From positions 1,116,001 through 1,180,000 of the forward strand of contig OZ025784.1 in assembly GCA_964019425.1 (NCBI GenBank): 64,000 bases of DNA, read 5' to 3'. The position numbers and the translations under genes are program-made. Positions within the stretch are counted from its first letter, which is position 1, and each line of letters begins with the position of its first letter. This document shows, in pieces, positions 43,042 to 54,300 of this stretch. This DNA comes from Flectonema sp. DT1601. Taxonomy: Eukaryota. A model generated the notes under the pieces. It was not told the DNA's origin, ran no database searches, and worked only from the letters and a program-made list of their open reading frames with translations.

Positions 43042-44541
43042 TTACGATGATTTTATTAATGCATCGAAGTCATCTTGTATCCCCTGAGCGAACCCTTGTA
43101 GCTGAGCAGCACTGGCGTCTATTGGAATTACTTCTGAGCCAACTTTTGGAGGAGACGGTACGAGAACTGATGCATCATAAAGTGTAGCGGCAGCATCAGA
43201 GACAGGGAGTAAACGGAGATCAGGCATTCCAAGTCTATCTGACAATTCATACGTATAGTTTAGATGTTTACAGAGTGCTGCGAAGATCACTCGACAAGAC
43301 AGTGATAACAATCCAATACGAACAGCAGTTGATATAATCTCAAACCACATCTTCTGAAGAGAACCATCTTCTTCAAGAGCCAGTTTCAAGTGTGGATGGC
43401 ATTCCTTCTTCGACAACGTCGCAAACATCAACGGAAAGAACTTAAACCATGACGGCGCTGTTATGTCTGCTCGACGAACCATCCAGCGAACGATTCCCTG
43501 ATGGATGACTTCACTGCGATCAAACCAAATGGGAGAATTTGATGACCAGAAATGACCAATTAAAGGTCCACAACGATACTCTATAGAATAAGAATGGATA
43601 TGCTCAGCACGTTCACCACTATCAAACAGAACAGTGTACCTACCTGTTTCTGAACTGAAATGTTCGATGGTTCCAGTGTACCATCCTTCTACACCAAAAT
43701 CAGAATTCCCATACCAGACGGAAACTTCTTGACCTGCTTCAGTGTAGTTGTTGCTGCATAGCAGCCATGGAACAACATCGTGATTCGTTTTACCCAATCG
43801 TAATTCAACACCACTGCACGCAGCGACGCTAACTAATTCCCTGAGAAGTCTACCACTGTCTCTCCACGATGAATGGTTTGCATCAAACGACCATTTTTCA
43901 CCATTTGTAGTCTCCACAGTTATCGTTAATACTTTTTCACATTTGATGTGAAGAGCTTCGACTACTCCCGCCCAACGTTTGTTAATTAGATAACACATCC
44001 CCATTGCATTTAATTTAAAACTACTCAAGTCATTATCATGGTCTGTGATGTCACATCCGGTGATGGTTCCAAGTTGTAGGTATTCAATACACTCATCTTC
44101 TATTGACGAATAGTTAAAAATATCTTTATTATCAAACCATTCCTGAGTTTTAATTATTTGTGTTAATGTAGAACCTGAGACAGAACCATGTCGTCTTGAG
44201 GCTTCTATTAAATCAGTCATTCTCATCGATATTTGATCTGAAAGTTCATTCAGTTGTATTGTCTGTGCTTCATTTATTGCGTCTTGTCCAACTTTTTTAC
44301 TTACAATCCCAATAACGTCTGCCAAGACTCGGTGAAAATTATTTCCTTTTATTAATTTTTCAACTGTTATTCTGGTTGCTTCAGATATTTCTTCAGGATC
44401 TGTGATTCCACAATTTTGAATTAAAATTAATATGCTGCTTGCTGCTCTGTGAATATCGATTGCCCGACCTGTCTCTCCACACATAACTGCCATCAGAAGC
44501 GCAGGTGACATTTCGTCTAACCGCAGTTGCAGTTCTTCCAT
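43042..44541 (-). CDS. Hypothetical protein with a possible Tudor-like domain
   Basis: 499-aa ORF; GQEVSVWY....GWYTGTI.......YTVLFDSGE resembles a Tudor/SH3-like barrel. Confidence 0.7.
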   Translation of the reverse strand: MEELQLRLDEMSPALLMAVMCGETGRAIDIHRAASSILILIQNCGITDPEEISEATRITVEKLIKGNNFHRVLADVIGIVSKKVGQDAINEAQTIQLNELSDQISMRMTDLIEASRRHGSVSGSTLTQIIKTQEWFDNKDIFNYSSIEDECIEYLQLGTITGCDITDHDNDLSSFKLNAMGMCYLINKRWAGVVEALHIKCEKVLTITVETTNGEKWSFDANHSSWRDSGRLLRELVSVAACSGVELRLGKTNHDVVPWLLCSNNYTEAGQEVSVWYGNSDFGVEGWYTGTIEHFSSETGRYTVLFDSGERAEHIHSYSIEYRCGPLIGHFWSSNSPIWFDRSEVIHQGIVRWMVRRADITAPSWFKFFPLMFATLSKKECHPHLKLALEEDGSLQKMWFEIISTAVRIGLLSLSCRVIFAALCKHLNYTYELSDRLGMPDLRLLPVSDAAATLYDASVLVPSPPKVGSEVIPIDASAAQLQGFAQGIQDDFDALIKSS

Positions 44542-44648
44542 TTTTTTTTTTTTTTTTTCAATTTTTTTTTTTATTTTTCTTTTCTCTATTTGCCTTTGAA
44601 AAAAAAAAAATAATTTTTTTTTTTTTTTTTTTTGTTCTCAAGTTATAT

Positions 44649-44679
<31 letters not shown>

Positions 44680-45009
44680 TGTATGACATAAAAATAACTC
44701 TTTTGGATTTGTATCATTTATTAACTAATATCAACATTTTTTAGTATTTTATTTATGAGACAAGGTTTTAACTTTAAGAAAGCGATTCGCTCCCTCACCA
44801 GTAGTTCTCGAACCCTCGAATACTAAGGCGTAATAAATCCAAAAAATACCGGAAAACACATTAGAAACTGAAATCACTGTTTCTTTTTTTTTTTTCTATT
44901 TTTTTTTTTTTTTTTGTATTCACAATTTTTTTTTTCAGGTTGCATATTTTTGTCTGGGTTGGTAACGACACAGCGGAAAAAAAAAAACAACAACAACACA
45001 AACAGCAGG

Positions 45010-46263
45010 TCATCTGTTATCAAAATATGCCAGTTTTAGAAAAGCAAGTAAATCAGCTTTTCCAGAACAACCAATAGCGATAGTCTTATCGCTTGTACTC
45101 ATGAGCGGACAACTCTCTGGTGAATTCTTTGATGGTGGACAGAGGTAATGATGACTATCACAAGAATCAAGAAACACAGGATGTGTTATTGCAAATGTAT
45201 CATGATGAATCCACTTCGATAATATATCCCTGGCGCAGATGTTCGCCAGTTTAATTTTCTCATTAGTACGAAGGTCGGTTGTTCTGTAATTCTTTCCTTT
45301 ATAGGTATAAGACGGAGTGCTCCTCCAAATTAATTTCATATTTAAATTGTACAGTCCTAGTTCAGAAAACTTCTTTTCAAAAATCACTAAATTACTACAA
45401 TATTCTTCAACACCAACATCTCTCATATCCCATGATCCCAGATTGACAGCCACTACCACACTTTGTGAAGTTGTTGATTGCAATTCCAACACTTTAACTT
45501 TCAACTGATTTAGTTGATAAAAAGTATGTAAAAATCCATATTGAAGATAAGATGGAATAACTGTACTGTTCAATTTGTGTGTTATTTTTAAACCCTCAGC
45601 TCTGATGTAGGAAACAGAACCAGCTCCTCCCGGTGACAGCAATCCATCAAATCTCTGATACGGAGTAGTAACTCCCTGAGATCCAGAGAGTACATCTCTC
45701 CATCCACGCATATGACTGTCCCCGAATAGGATGATTGGTGTTTTTAAAACATTCGGAAGTTTCGGTTCTGGTACATTATAACAGTCAACATATTGAAAAC
45801 GTGATTTCCAATAAGGAATACACCTCTCACTACTGGCTTTAATATACACCGTATGCCTACCTGATAATTTAATACCTTCATACTGAGTTGTGATTGGTGC
45901 TGTAGGGTTGTCACCATGTTTTCCTATATGAGCGATAGTCAATATCACTGAGTAGCTTCCTGTGAGAGGCACTGGTGAAGAGGAAATCCAGTATCGGTGA
46001 GATTCTAGTCGAGACACTTCACAAACGATAATACATCCTTTTGGACCTAATAACCTGCACTCAAACCATGTGTCAAGATCACTTGTTGTTATTAGTTCTG
46101 CTCCATTGAGACGGGTTGTGAATGACGCGCTGCTTGTTATTCTTCCTATTCCCACTTCAGTTATTATCTTTGTGTGGTTCACTTCATAAGTGATCAGAAC
46201 TATGATAATAAATAACCATATCACAGAGAGCCTCCTCCACATCCTCCTCAACCTCATCGCCAT
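45010..46263 (-). CDS. Type II membrane SGNH/PC-esterase-like protein (putative glycan O-acyltransferase or esterase)
   Basis: Basic N-terminus plus a single TM segment; LFGDSHMR, NLGSWD, IWRSTP and D..H (CDSHH) motifs. Confidence 0.75.
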   Translation of the reverse strand: MAMRLRRMWRRLSVIWLFIIIVLITYEVNHTKIITEVGIGRITSSASFTTRLNGAELITTSDLDTWFECRLLGPKGCIIVCEVSRLESHRYWISSSPVPLTGSYSVILTIAHIGKHGDNPTAPITTQYEGIKLSGRHTVYIKASSERCIPYWKSRFQYVDCYNVPEPKLPNVLKTPIILFGDSHMRGWRDVLSGSQGVTTPYQRFDGLLSPGGAGSVSYIRAEGLKITHKLNSTVIPSYLQYGFLHTFYQLNQLKVKVLELQSTTSQSVVVAVNLGSWDMRDVGVEEYCSNLVIFEKKFSELGLYNLNMKLIWRSTPSYTYKGKNYRTTDLRTNEKIKLANICARDILSKWIHHDTFAITHPVFLDSCDSHHYLCPPSKNSPESCPLMSTSDKTIAIGCSGKADLLAFLKLAYFDNR

Positions 46264-46673
46264 ACATTACATTTGCAGTTTTCTGTACAGAAATATTTAT
46301 CAATTTCGACTATTATTGTTCACCTATAAGAGTGAAACATAAAAACGTTTTTTCTTTAAACCATCAATTCTCAGAGAGGAGCGATGCTCTACAAATATCA
46401 ACTGCGACCAGGAACTGATAGACACCTGGACAACTGTTTATTATTGTCATAGCACGTTACGCTCAATATACTCTCATAAGAAAAGAAAAAACGCAAGTTA
46501 GAAAGAAAGCTTCACAAAAAACGCAAACACATTGAAACTGAATAAGATAATTAGAAAGTTCGGTAAGTGCAACTCGTAACGTGCAATACTATATAAGGGA
46601 ATCCCTTCAAGGAAGATAGATGATATCGTGAGGTATTATTCTACCACGTGTGTTATGGTGTGTCGGAAAGTGT

Positions 46674-47657
46674 TTACGGAAGGCTGATGTGAATATCAAA
46701 CAGGTCTTCAGGAAGTCCGTACTTCGCAGATCTCTCGGCATGCACGCGACTGAAATCTTCGTATTGTTTAACTGTGAACGTTTCCTTCCACTTTCCAGAA
46801 GATCCCTGCCTGATGTGATTCTTCTTCACATAACGACCCTCCTTCTCACGAACAATTGCATTCTCTGCGAACTGTTTCTTCATGTAATCAAAACCTGAAG
46901 CCTTCACAACCTTCTCAAGGAGTTCCTCACTCAGTGGAATTTCCAAAAACTTTGCAATTCGTGTAATCGCCTCGCTCGGGTTGCCCTTCAGCTCTTCGAA
47001 TGTGATCCACATTTTGTTCTCATCTTCCTTCGCAGCTTTGTACCACGCTCCTTGCCATGACCAATAACAACCAGACTCAACTAAGTTCCTTAAAAATAAT
47101 TTGTTCACAAAGTGTTCCCAAGGACCAGAGTACTTTGAACCAGCGCCATCACGACTGTGATGGAACATCGAGACAGCAGCATCGAAGGGGTTTCTTGACA
47201 CCACAATTACCTTGGAACCCTTCTCCTCAACACTCCACGGGACTTGATGGTTGCACGAGTGAGTTTTATAAACGCGTCTGTTTCCGACAGAAGGCTCGTG
47301 AGGACCCTTTCCCATAGTCATCTGACTCTCAATCCAAGGAGACTGAACAAATATATCAGTCACTTGTGTAGCATCTCCATCAGCGAGTAACAGCAGAACG
47401 ATTTGTTGCATCCAAGTGGTTCCACACTTTGGATAAGTAGCGATCGCGATGTCAGTCGCTTCTAGCTTCCAATTCTTCGTCTGCTCCACAACTGGAGCTA
47501 TTTTCATAACAGTCGGTTGAATGATTCCATCTCTGATAGTCGCAACGTATCCAAACTCATCGATAGCAAATACATCTCCACACTCTGGTGACCTTCCAAA
47601 TTGATCTCCTGTTTCGATATTCCTCACCGTGGTCATGTCGAAGTCAACAGCCGACAT
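46674..47657 (-). CDS. Cytosolic-type PAPS-dependent sulfotransferase
   Basis: TYPKCGTTW (5'-PSB), KTH, RNPFDAAVSMF (3'-PB), RQGSSGKWK..FT. Confidence 0.95.
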   Translation of the reverse strand: MSAVDFDMTTVRNIETGDQFGRSPECGDVFAIDEFGYVATIRDGIIQPTVMKIAPVVEQTKNWKLEATDIAIATYPKCGTTWMQQIVLLLLADGDATQVTDIFVQSPWIESQMTMGKGPHEPSVGNRRVYKTHSCNHQVPWSVEEKGSKVIVVSRNPFDAAVSMFHHSRDGAGSKYSGPWEHFVNKLFLRNLVESGCYWSWQGAWYKAAKEDENKMWITFEELKGNPSEAITRIAKFLEIPLSEELLEKVVKASGFDYMKKQFAENAIVREKEGRYVKKNHIRQGSSGKWKETFTVKQYEDFSRVHAERSAKYGLPEDLFDIHISLP

Positions 47658-47760
47658 GTTTCTTTCTTATAATGACTCGTTAAGACTGCTAAAATACTTT
47701 TTTCTATAAAATATCATTCGAATTCACACAACGCGATAAGTTGAAAAAAAATAATAAACT

Positions 47761-49490
47761 TAGTCAGTTAGTTGGTTATATAATCCAACGTTACTGTATA
47801 TTATGAGTGCTAGGTAACTCACAGTAACAGAGGACCCAATCCGTGGCCATATCCGAAGATTTAGCATAGAATCAAAATAAGTAACTTAGATGGTAATTAA
47901 ATATGAGGAGATAGATAGAATATGAGTTTGTTATAAAAAAGTGCACTAAAATAAAATATAAAAAAGAAAAGTTATAAAAACACATTGTTCTGCTGTTCCA
48001 TAATACACTGTGGAATACGTAGTTTCAGGCCTTAATCTTATACTACTTGTCCCTCTTAGGCCTTCATCAGTAAGTTCTAGGGACTTCATTCCAGTTAAAT
48101 AATAAATCGGATCCATCAATTGGTCTATTTCAAAAGAACTGATTTCTTAATGTCCATCGGAGCTCGCCAGGACGGGCTAGCATATATTTGCTTTTGATCA
48201 GCGTTCTATCTCTTCTACATCTGTTCGTTTTATTACGAGTGCGAGTTCTCCTTCATCGGAGCTGTAGTCGTCTTTCTTGCGCTTTTCCTTAGTGTTGGTG
48301 AGGAGTAGAATTCCTTCATTCGAGGGTGCCATGGTACAGTCGTTATCATTATTATTACCCTGCAGAGTTTTTCTTAAAATCATGTGAAAACAATATTCTG
48401 GGCGTTTAAAATGTCTGTCAAAATGGTCGAATGATAATCGTCGGTCTGTCGCTCCTTTGAGAATGTCTCTAACAATAATGGAATCAAAGGAGACAAGGGC
48501 CACTATGTAGTGTGACATTCTAGCACCAGCTTTGTTTAAAATGAATGCGGCGGCTATTGTTGGGTAGTCCATAGAACTGGGATCTACATATTGGTGGATT
48601 TCCCTGTTGAGTTTATGTTTACTTGCTACCCCCAGAACGGTTAAAGAGAACCAGCCATCCGGGGATGGTTTTTGCTCGTTGCTGCCAGGTTCTACTTTTT
48701 GATGTTCTTCGTAGAATGTTTGTTGTAGTTCTTGCAAATAGCTGAAATTTATTCGGTCAAGATAAAGATGGTCTGCAACAAAATTCAGCGATGCCCATCC
48801 ACACTCACCTCCAATTAGACCTTCCCCTGAAGATTGATGTGATTGTATTGGGAATCGTTTGTCTAAGGTGTGAAGTGTGGAACTTTTATGATTAATGGTG
48901 TCTTTTTCGTCGCTTACAGGGATACCATGATTAAACTTTTCGGAAGTAATATTTAGTCGTCTTCGAATTGCAGCTGCAACATTGCCATCGTCAATATATA
49001 AGTTGATAAAGCTGTGACAAGCTACTGCGAGGTTCTTAAACTTGTATCCTCGGTTGAGTAGTCTGTATGTTACGAACTCGAGCTCTTGTAGAAGATCCGC
49101 CTGATTATTACAGATTCTAAGTGCTCGTAGGAGCATGGTGGTGAAGATACCAGTACCCATCGATTCTTGAGCAGCTGAGTGCTGGTGGGTGAATCTTGTT
49201 GGTATGATATGCCAACCACGCGCTTTGTCGTTAACGCTAAGACGTATCCACCTGTTGTTTGATCTGGTGGTTTCGATTCGGATTCTAATTCCAATGTATG
49301 AAACATCATCAATACCATTAGAGGTCTCGGTGTAGTTCATGGAGTATAATTCTGCTGGTGGTGGGATGCAGTTCCATGTAAGGAAATCGTCTATGTACCG
49401 GCAAGAGTAGTCGTGTTTGCGTGCTAAATCTAACTCTCCTTTTGCTACAAGGTCATCCATAAAAGAGGAGATAGATAGATAAGGAAGTCC
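47761..49490 (-). mobile_element. 5'-truncated Penelope-like retroelement with a hammerhead-containing 3' UTR and TAAC-type tail
   Basis: RT remnant ORF; hammerhead at 48011-48093; 3' end repeated at 25419 and 29192; terminal taac-like repeats at 47761-47778. Confidence 0.8.
48011..48093 (-). ncRNA. Hammerhead ribozyme with non-circularly permuted strand order (copy 2)
   Basis: Minus strand: tggaat-gaa-gtccct-agaa-ctta-CUGAUGA-aggcct-aag-agggac-aa-gta-GUA-taag-atta-aggcct-GAAA-ctac-gt-attcca. Stem I 4 bp, stem II 6 bp, stem III 5 bp, extra helix gtccct/agggac, outer stem tggaat/attcca. Confidence 0.75.
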
Positions 49491-49511
49491 AATACATTGC
49501 GTACTGTGCAT
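48198..49511 (-). pseudogene. N-terminally truncated Penelope-type reverse transcriptase (palm remnant + thumb) fused to a Josephin-like cysteine protease domain
   Basis: RYIDD (aa 38-42), VSYIGIRI, SVNDK, S.......GIF...L.RA.RICN......E.....L.NRGY typical of the PLE thumb; RT motifs upstream of YIDD are missing; aa ~220-380 carry Q226/C237/H334/D349 in Josephin-like contexts. Confidence 0.75.
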
Positions 49512-51376
49512 CGCTGATACAGTAAACTAGGGAGCATCGGGTTAACACCCTAGAGCTACGAGGCAACAGCAACGTAATTAGACCCAATCTTATTAGGATT
49601 ATTTTATTATAGCTTCGGCTGACGGGGCATAATGAACACAGTATGCCTATTGTCAGCTTTCCACCCTGTCCGATTGTTGTCAGGAAATGATATGAGGATA
49701 ACTATAGAAAAGAAAACAAATAAATGAATAAATAAAAATAAAAAGAAAATAGAAGAGGAAAATATTTATCTTTACAAAGACATAAATACCATACTTGTGG
49801 AAAAAAGAACAAAATTTTAATTTTTTTTTTTTTTTTTTTTTGAATCATGACTGTAGAAAAAGTGAGAATAAAAAAAAAGTAGAGATTCATTTCTGCAGTT
49901 AGATAAATCCATTCTAATTAGTTTCTTCTCTGACTACGTCGGTACAAAAAAAAAAAAAAAAAAAAAATTAATTTCAATTCGTACTCTTTATTGGCCGCGA
50001 TTACAGAAAAAAGGAACAGATCAATGAGAGAAACCCCCAGTCGATCAGCTTAGAGGAAGGGAAAAGCTCTCTGAAGAAAATTCAAATACTTGCAGTAGTT
50101 ACTCATGATTCTAATTACACTGAGATGATGTGATGACAGCATCTCAAGTGGTCCCAATGTCGTCAGGGATGCCTGCGAACAATTCCCAAACAACAAACAG
50201 CTAAGTTCGTTGGCTCTTAATCTGCAAGCAGCTCTATATGAAAAGGGAGAGGCAGGTCCTGTGCGATTCCACTCTGTTCTTTTTTAAGTACCGAAACAAG
50301 CCCCCCTTGCAGCATTATGCGGTTTACGAGTATATATTATTTTTCTCTTCTTGATTAATTATCAATCACATAGCTGTATAATAGGTGAAGTCAACTAGTG
50401 ATTAGATAATACTCTACGTTTTAGTGAGTCGTACAAAAATAGATATATTCTCATTGTTGTACCGGCGGGAGACCACCGACACTATTATATTATGAAAGGA
50501 GGAGGATTCGAAAGAGGAGGGAAGGAAAAAATTTAATATAAAAAAAATAAAAAAATGAAATAAATAAATAAACAAAGAACAAGAGTAATGATAAAACACA
50601 TGATACTAATAAAACATCACGGATAATCGATGTTCGTATTCCTGAGGTTACCGGGAGTAAGCTGCGGAAATTCGAACAACTCTGAAGACCAATCAGGGCG
50701 TCCTCCATTCTAAATCTGTTGCACTATAAGTTCTATCACGTAGTCCTACATCAGAACACTACTAAAAGAGCATAATCAGTCATCTTCCACCACATGTGAG
50801 AGTAGTTTCTTCCATTTACTAGCAGCTGATAGTCCGACAGTTGTGAACTGTTGCTGCCAAGTACAGAAGAAATTCTCCAAAGACATCTCACCCTCTGGTG
50901 TTGGGAACAACATTGTAGAATTGATAAATCACCGAGATAGAAACTGAGAAGAGGAGGAGTGAAACCCCCCCTCTTTTACAATATCCAGCTAGCAGAAAAG
51001 AAAGAGCTGGACAAAAGAGGGACGAAACCGAAAGGCTTCTTCGTTTATTGTTTTTTTTAAAAAAATATTTGAGTAATTTTCCACATGGAACACATGACTT
51101 TGAAGAATCAAGCTTGGGTTAAAATACCTCACATTTTGTAGTTGAATCATATACGTGACTAAGACGGTAATTATGATCACCAGATTTGCCGTCGATATGG
51201 CTAGCCACTGAAAGCTTTTGCTGTCACTGTAAAAATAATCCTTAAAAAAAAACATAAGAAACACACGAAAGTGTTCCTTATCAACAAAACAAGGACAAGG
51301 TAAATAATAATAAACTGTTCTATTCTATTTAAGAATTTAGAAATTAAATAGTCTACAACAGTACAAAGTACATTAA

Positions 51377-54300
51377 TCAATTATCAACGTGGTCTTCTTC
51401 GCTTCCACTCATTTCTTGATCAACAAAAACATGCGTATGTTTCCTTTTAAATGGACCCTTTTGAGCGAAGAACAAGCAGCCGATCGCGACTGATAAAACA
51501 CCGACAGTTAAAAGGGTGACTAATACTATTAACATCGTATTACTATTGGATCTGTTATTGGAGTCGTTGGCGTTTTGGTTGCCACTGTAGCTACCGCCGC
51601 CACTGTAGCTGCTGCTGTCACCGTTGCCACTGTAGCTACTGCCGTCACTGTAGCTGCTGTCACCGCTGCTGTCGCTACCGCTGTCACTGTAGCTGCTGCT
51701 GTCACCGTTGCCACTGTAGCTACCGCCGTCACTGTAGCTGCTGTCACCGCTGCTGTCGCTACCGCTGTCACTGTAGCTGCTGCTGTCACCGTTGCCACTG
51801 TAGCTACTGCCGTCACTGTAGCTGCTGTCACCGCTGCTGTCGCTACCGCTGTCACTGTAGCTGCTGCTGTCACCGTTGCCACTGTCGCTACCGCCGTCAC
51901 TGTAGCTGCTGTCACCGCTGCTACCGCTTCCCGAACTATCAGTAGCACACGAGAAGTTTGGCAATATCACATTATTTACGGTTGCTGTCCCAAGCTCCAT
52001 TATTTCGAAATAATGAAGCGCATACACGGTGACATAGTTCCCCATTGTCATTCCCTTCTTTTTTCTACAAATGTCTGCCGAGTTGGGTTCGCCAATTGCC
52101 CAGGCGCTGTACTGTAAGATATCCGGAAGACAGACTTTGATTTCCTGTTGTTCCCAAACCGGATCAACTGAGGCCGATGCTAAGCATGCCCTGCCGTTCC
52201 ATGTACAGCCAGACACACAGGCACATTGTGGCCGACCTGAGCAAGATTCTGTGATAGCTAAAGAGTAAATTGAGGCACCAGTTTGATACAACTTCGAATT
52301 ATTAGTTTCAGCCACCCCCGAAAACCCAAGCTTAGTTGTGGCTGGGCATGTAGTCTTTGTTATCCAATCATTGTAACACTTAAGACCTTCAGCACTAGTT
52401 CCCCACAAAGCTCCAGCCATCAAGTCATTATTATAAAAGTCAGTAGAGATACACGATCCAATTGTACAATCAGAATTAACAACACACGGCCTCTGTAATT
52501 GCAATGTCTTGCACACTTCACCGACGCACGTCAGGTCCATCCCAACAAGACCGTTGGGGTACGCACTGCATTGCTGGAAGCGGACGTTAGCCTTGAAATC
52601 ATTTCCCATCAAATCCTTCATTCCGCTATAAGAAAAACCAACACCTGATTCCTTCTCCTTCACGAACTTCTCATATGTGAAATCTCCCAACCCAAGGACA
52701 TCCTTTCCGAAATCAAATTCACCCGCAACCGAAGAAAACCAATCAAATTCCTTTGTTCCTTCGAGCAATCTTGCAAGGTACACCTCCGGCCTCCAAAGCG
52801 CCTGCTCGCGGTTGAAAGCTGAGACCGGGTCCAGTCCCTGAGGTATCCATGATGACATCGAAGTTATGTATTTATCGGCAATGAATTGAAGTAATTCTTG
52901 TTTCTTCGGAAGGTATATGCGAATGGAAAACGGGGTCCCCTCAAAGAATGTTATCAGCCCGTCGCATTGCACAGACATCACGTGTGTTTCCCCAACCGGG
53001 ATCTTCACTTCCGGAAAGTGAGGCCACTCGACCTCACGTTGGAAATGAGTCTTCCCGTCCTTCAACAGACCATTCCATGAGAGGAACGTTGGCACATCCG
53101 GTGCAGCCATCCCGTTATATCTGAAGATTTTCGTATAAAAGATCCTTGCTGTTTTGAGTTGGCACGAATCACCGTATGATATCATATTTTCCCACAAAGT
53201 TCCACAGCTGGGCAATGTCTGTTCAACTGAACAGGCACACTTGTAATCAGTTTTCGAATAACTATTATTATGACACCTCCATCCATTCATTTTACACATA
53301 TCATGACTGGACATGCACAAGTTTTGTACATCACCCCAGGTACAATCGTCGTGGGTTTTACAAACAGCGCCTCCAAAACGTATTTCTTTCATTGACGAAT
53401 CAGTGCCGTAAATGTCTCTCGCAAACTTGAGACTACCCTTTGCATGTGAATACTTCTTCCCGCCTGCTCCCGGGAAGGATCCGGGATCCAAACGATAGGT
53501 CTCAGCGTAGTTGGAGCTAGGCCTGCCATTTGAATTCCATTCCCATTCCACAACCGCACCGCATAAATTACTTCTCTCAGTCATGCGATACGTCTTGATC
53601 CCAGGAGGAGACCAGTAATACTGCCTTTGGTTGGTTACGTACTCCTTCGGAAAACATATCTTCCTGTTCCCGACACCAGAAATGGGACTTCCCTTGAAGT
53701 ACGGTCCAAATTTCGTGACGAACTCATTAAATAGGTCTTGCGCTCCATTAGACTGCTTCTCTTGTGGAGCGAAGTAGTGCAACGTGTCCCTCATGAACTT
53801 GAAGACTTCATTAGATCCAATCTCATCAATTGGATTGATACAACGAGAGTTACCACCACAATCAGAATCATGGTTACAAGGATTGATCATAGCATTGCAT
53901 CCACCACCTTCACACCCAGCAGCAAATCGAACGTATCCGTAGTTCGTATCACATCTCTCGATGTCAACAGTCAGGACGGCATCAGGGATGAATTTCAACG
54001 GAACTTTCATTTTACAGCTTCCCTGTTCAAACCAAGTCACGTTGTTGCAGGTCTCGGGGAAGTACAGTACCGTCTGGTTCATTTTCTTTTCCTTGAATAT
54101 CTTCAGAAAGTCACGAACGAACGTGTCGCTGTCATCGAGACACGAATCGTATTCGTCCACAATTCCAGAGTAGACGAAATAGCTCAGCGGGTGAAATCTC
54201 TTCAAGTACCGTCCCTTGGGGTCATTCAGGTTCGGAGGTGTCTTCCCCTTTGCCTCGCACCTGGCAGTCACATACCTGTCGATTGCTTTCATGTACTCCC

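Noticed and set aside
45010..47657. SGNH protein plus sulfotransferase as a functional glycan-modification cluster
   Set aside because: The sulfotransferase looks cytosolic and the SGNH protein secretory; adjacency in polycistronic clusters rarely implies shared function.
49490..49530. Spliced-leader remnant at the 5' junction of the retroelement
   Set aside because: Only a gtattg-like match; does not align convincingly with euglenozoan SL sequences I know.
51529..52117. Ala/Val/Thr-rich ORFs 51529-51948 (-) and 51575-52117 (+)
   Set aside because: Alternative-frame readings of the 84-bp coding minisatellite.
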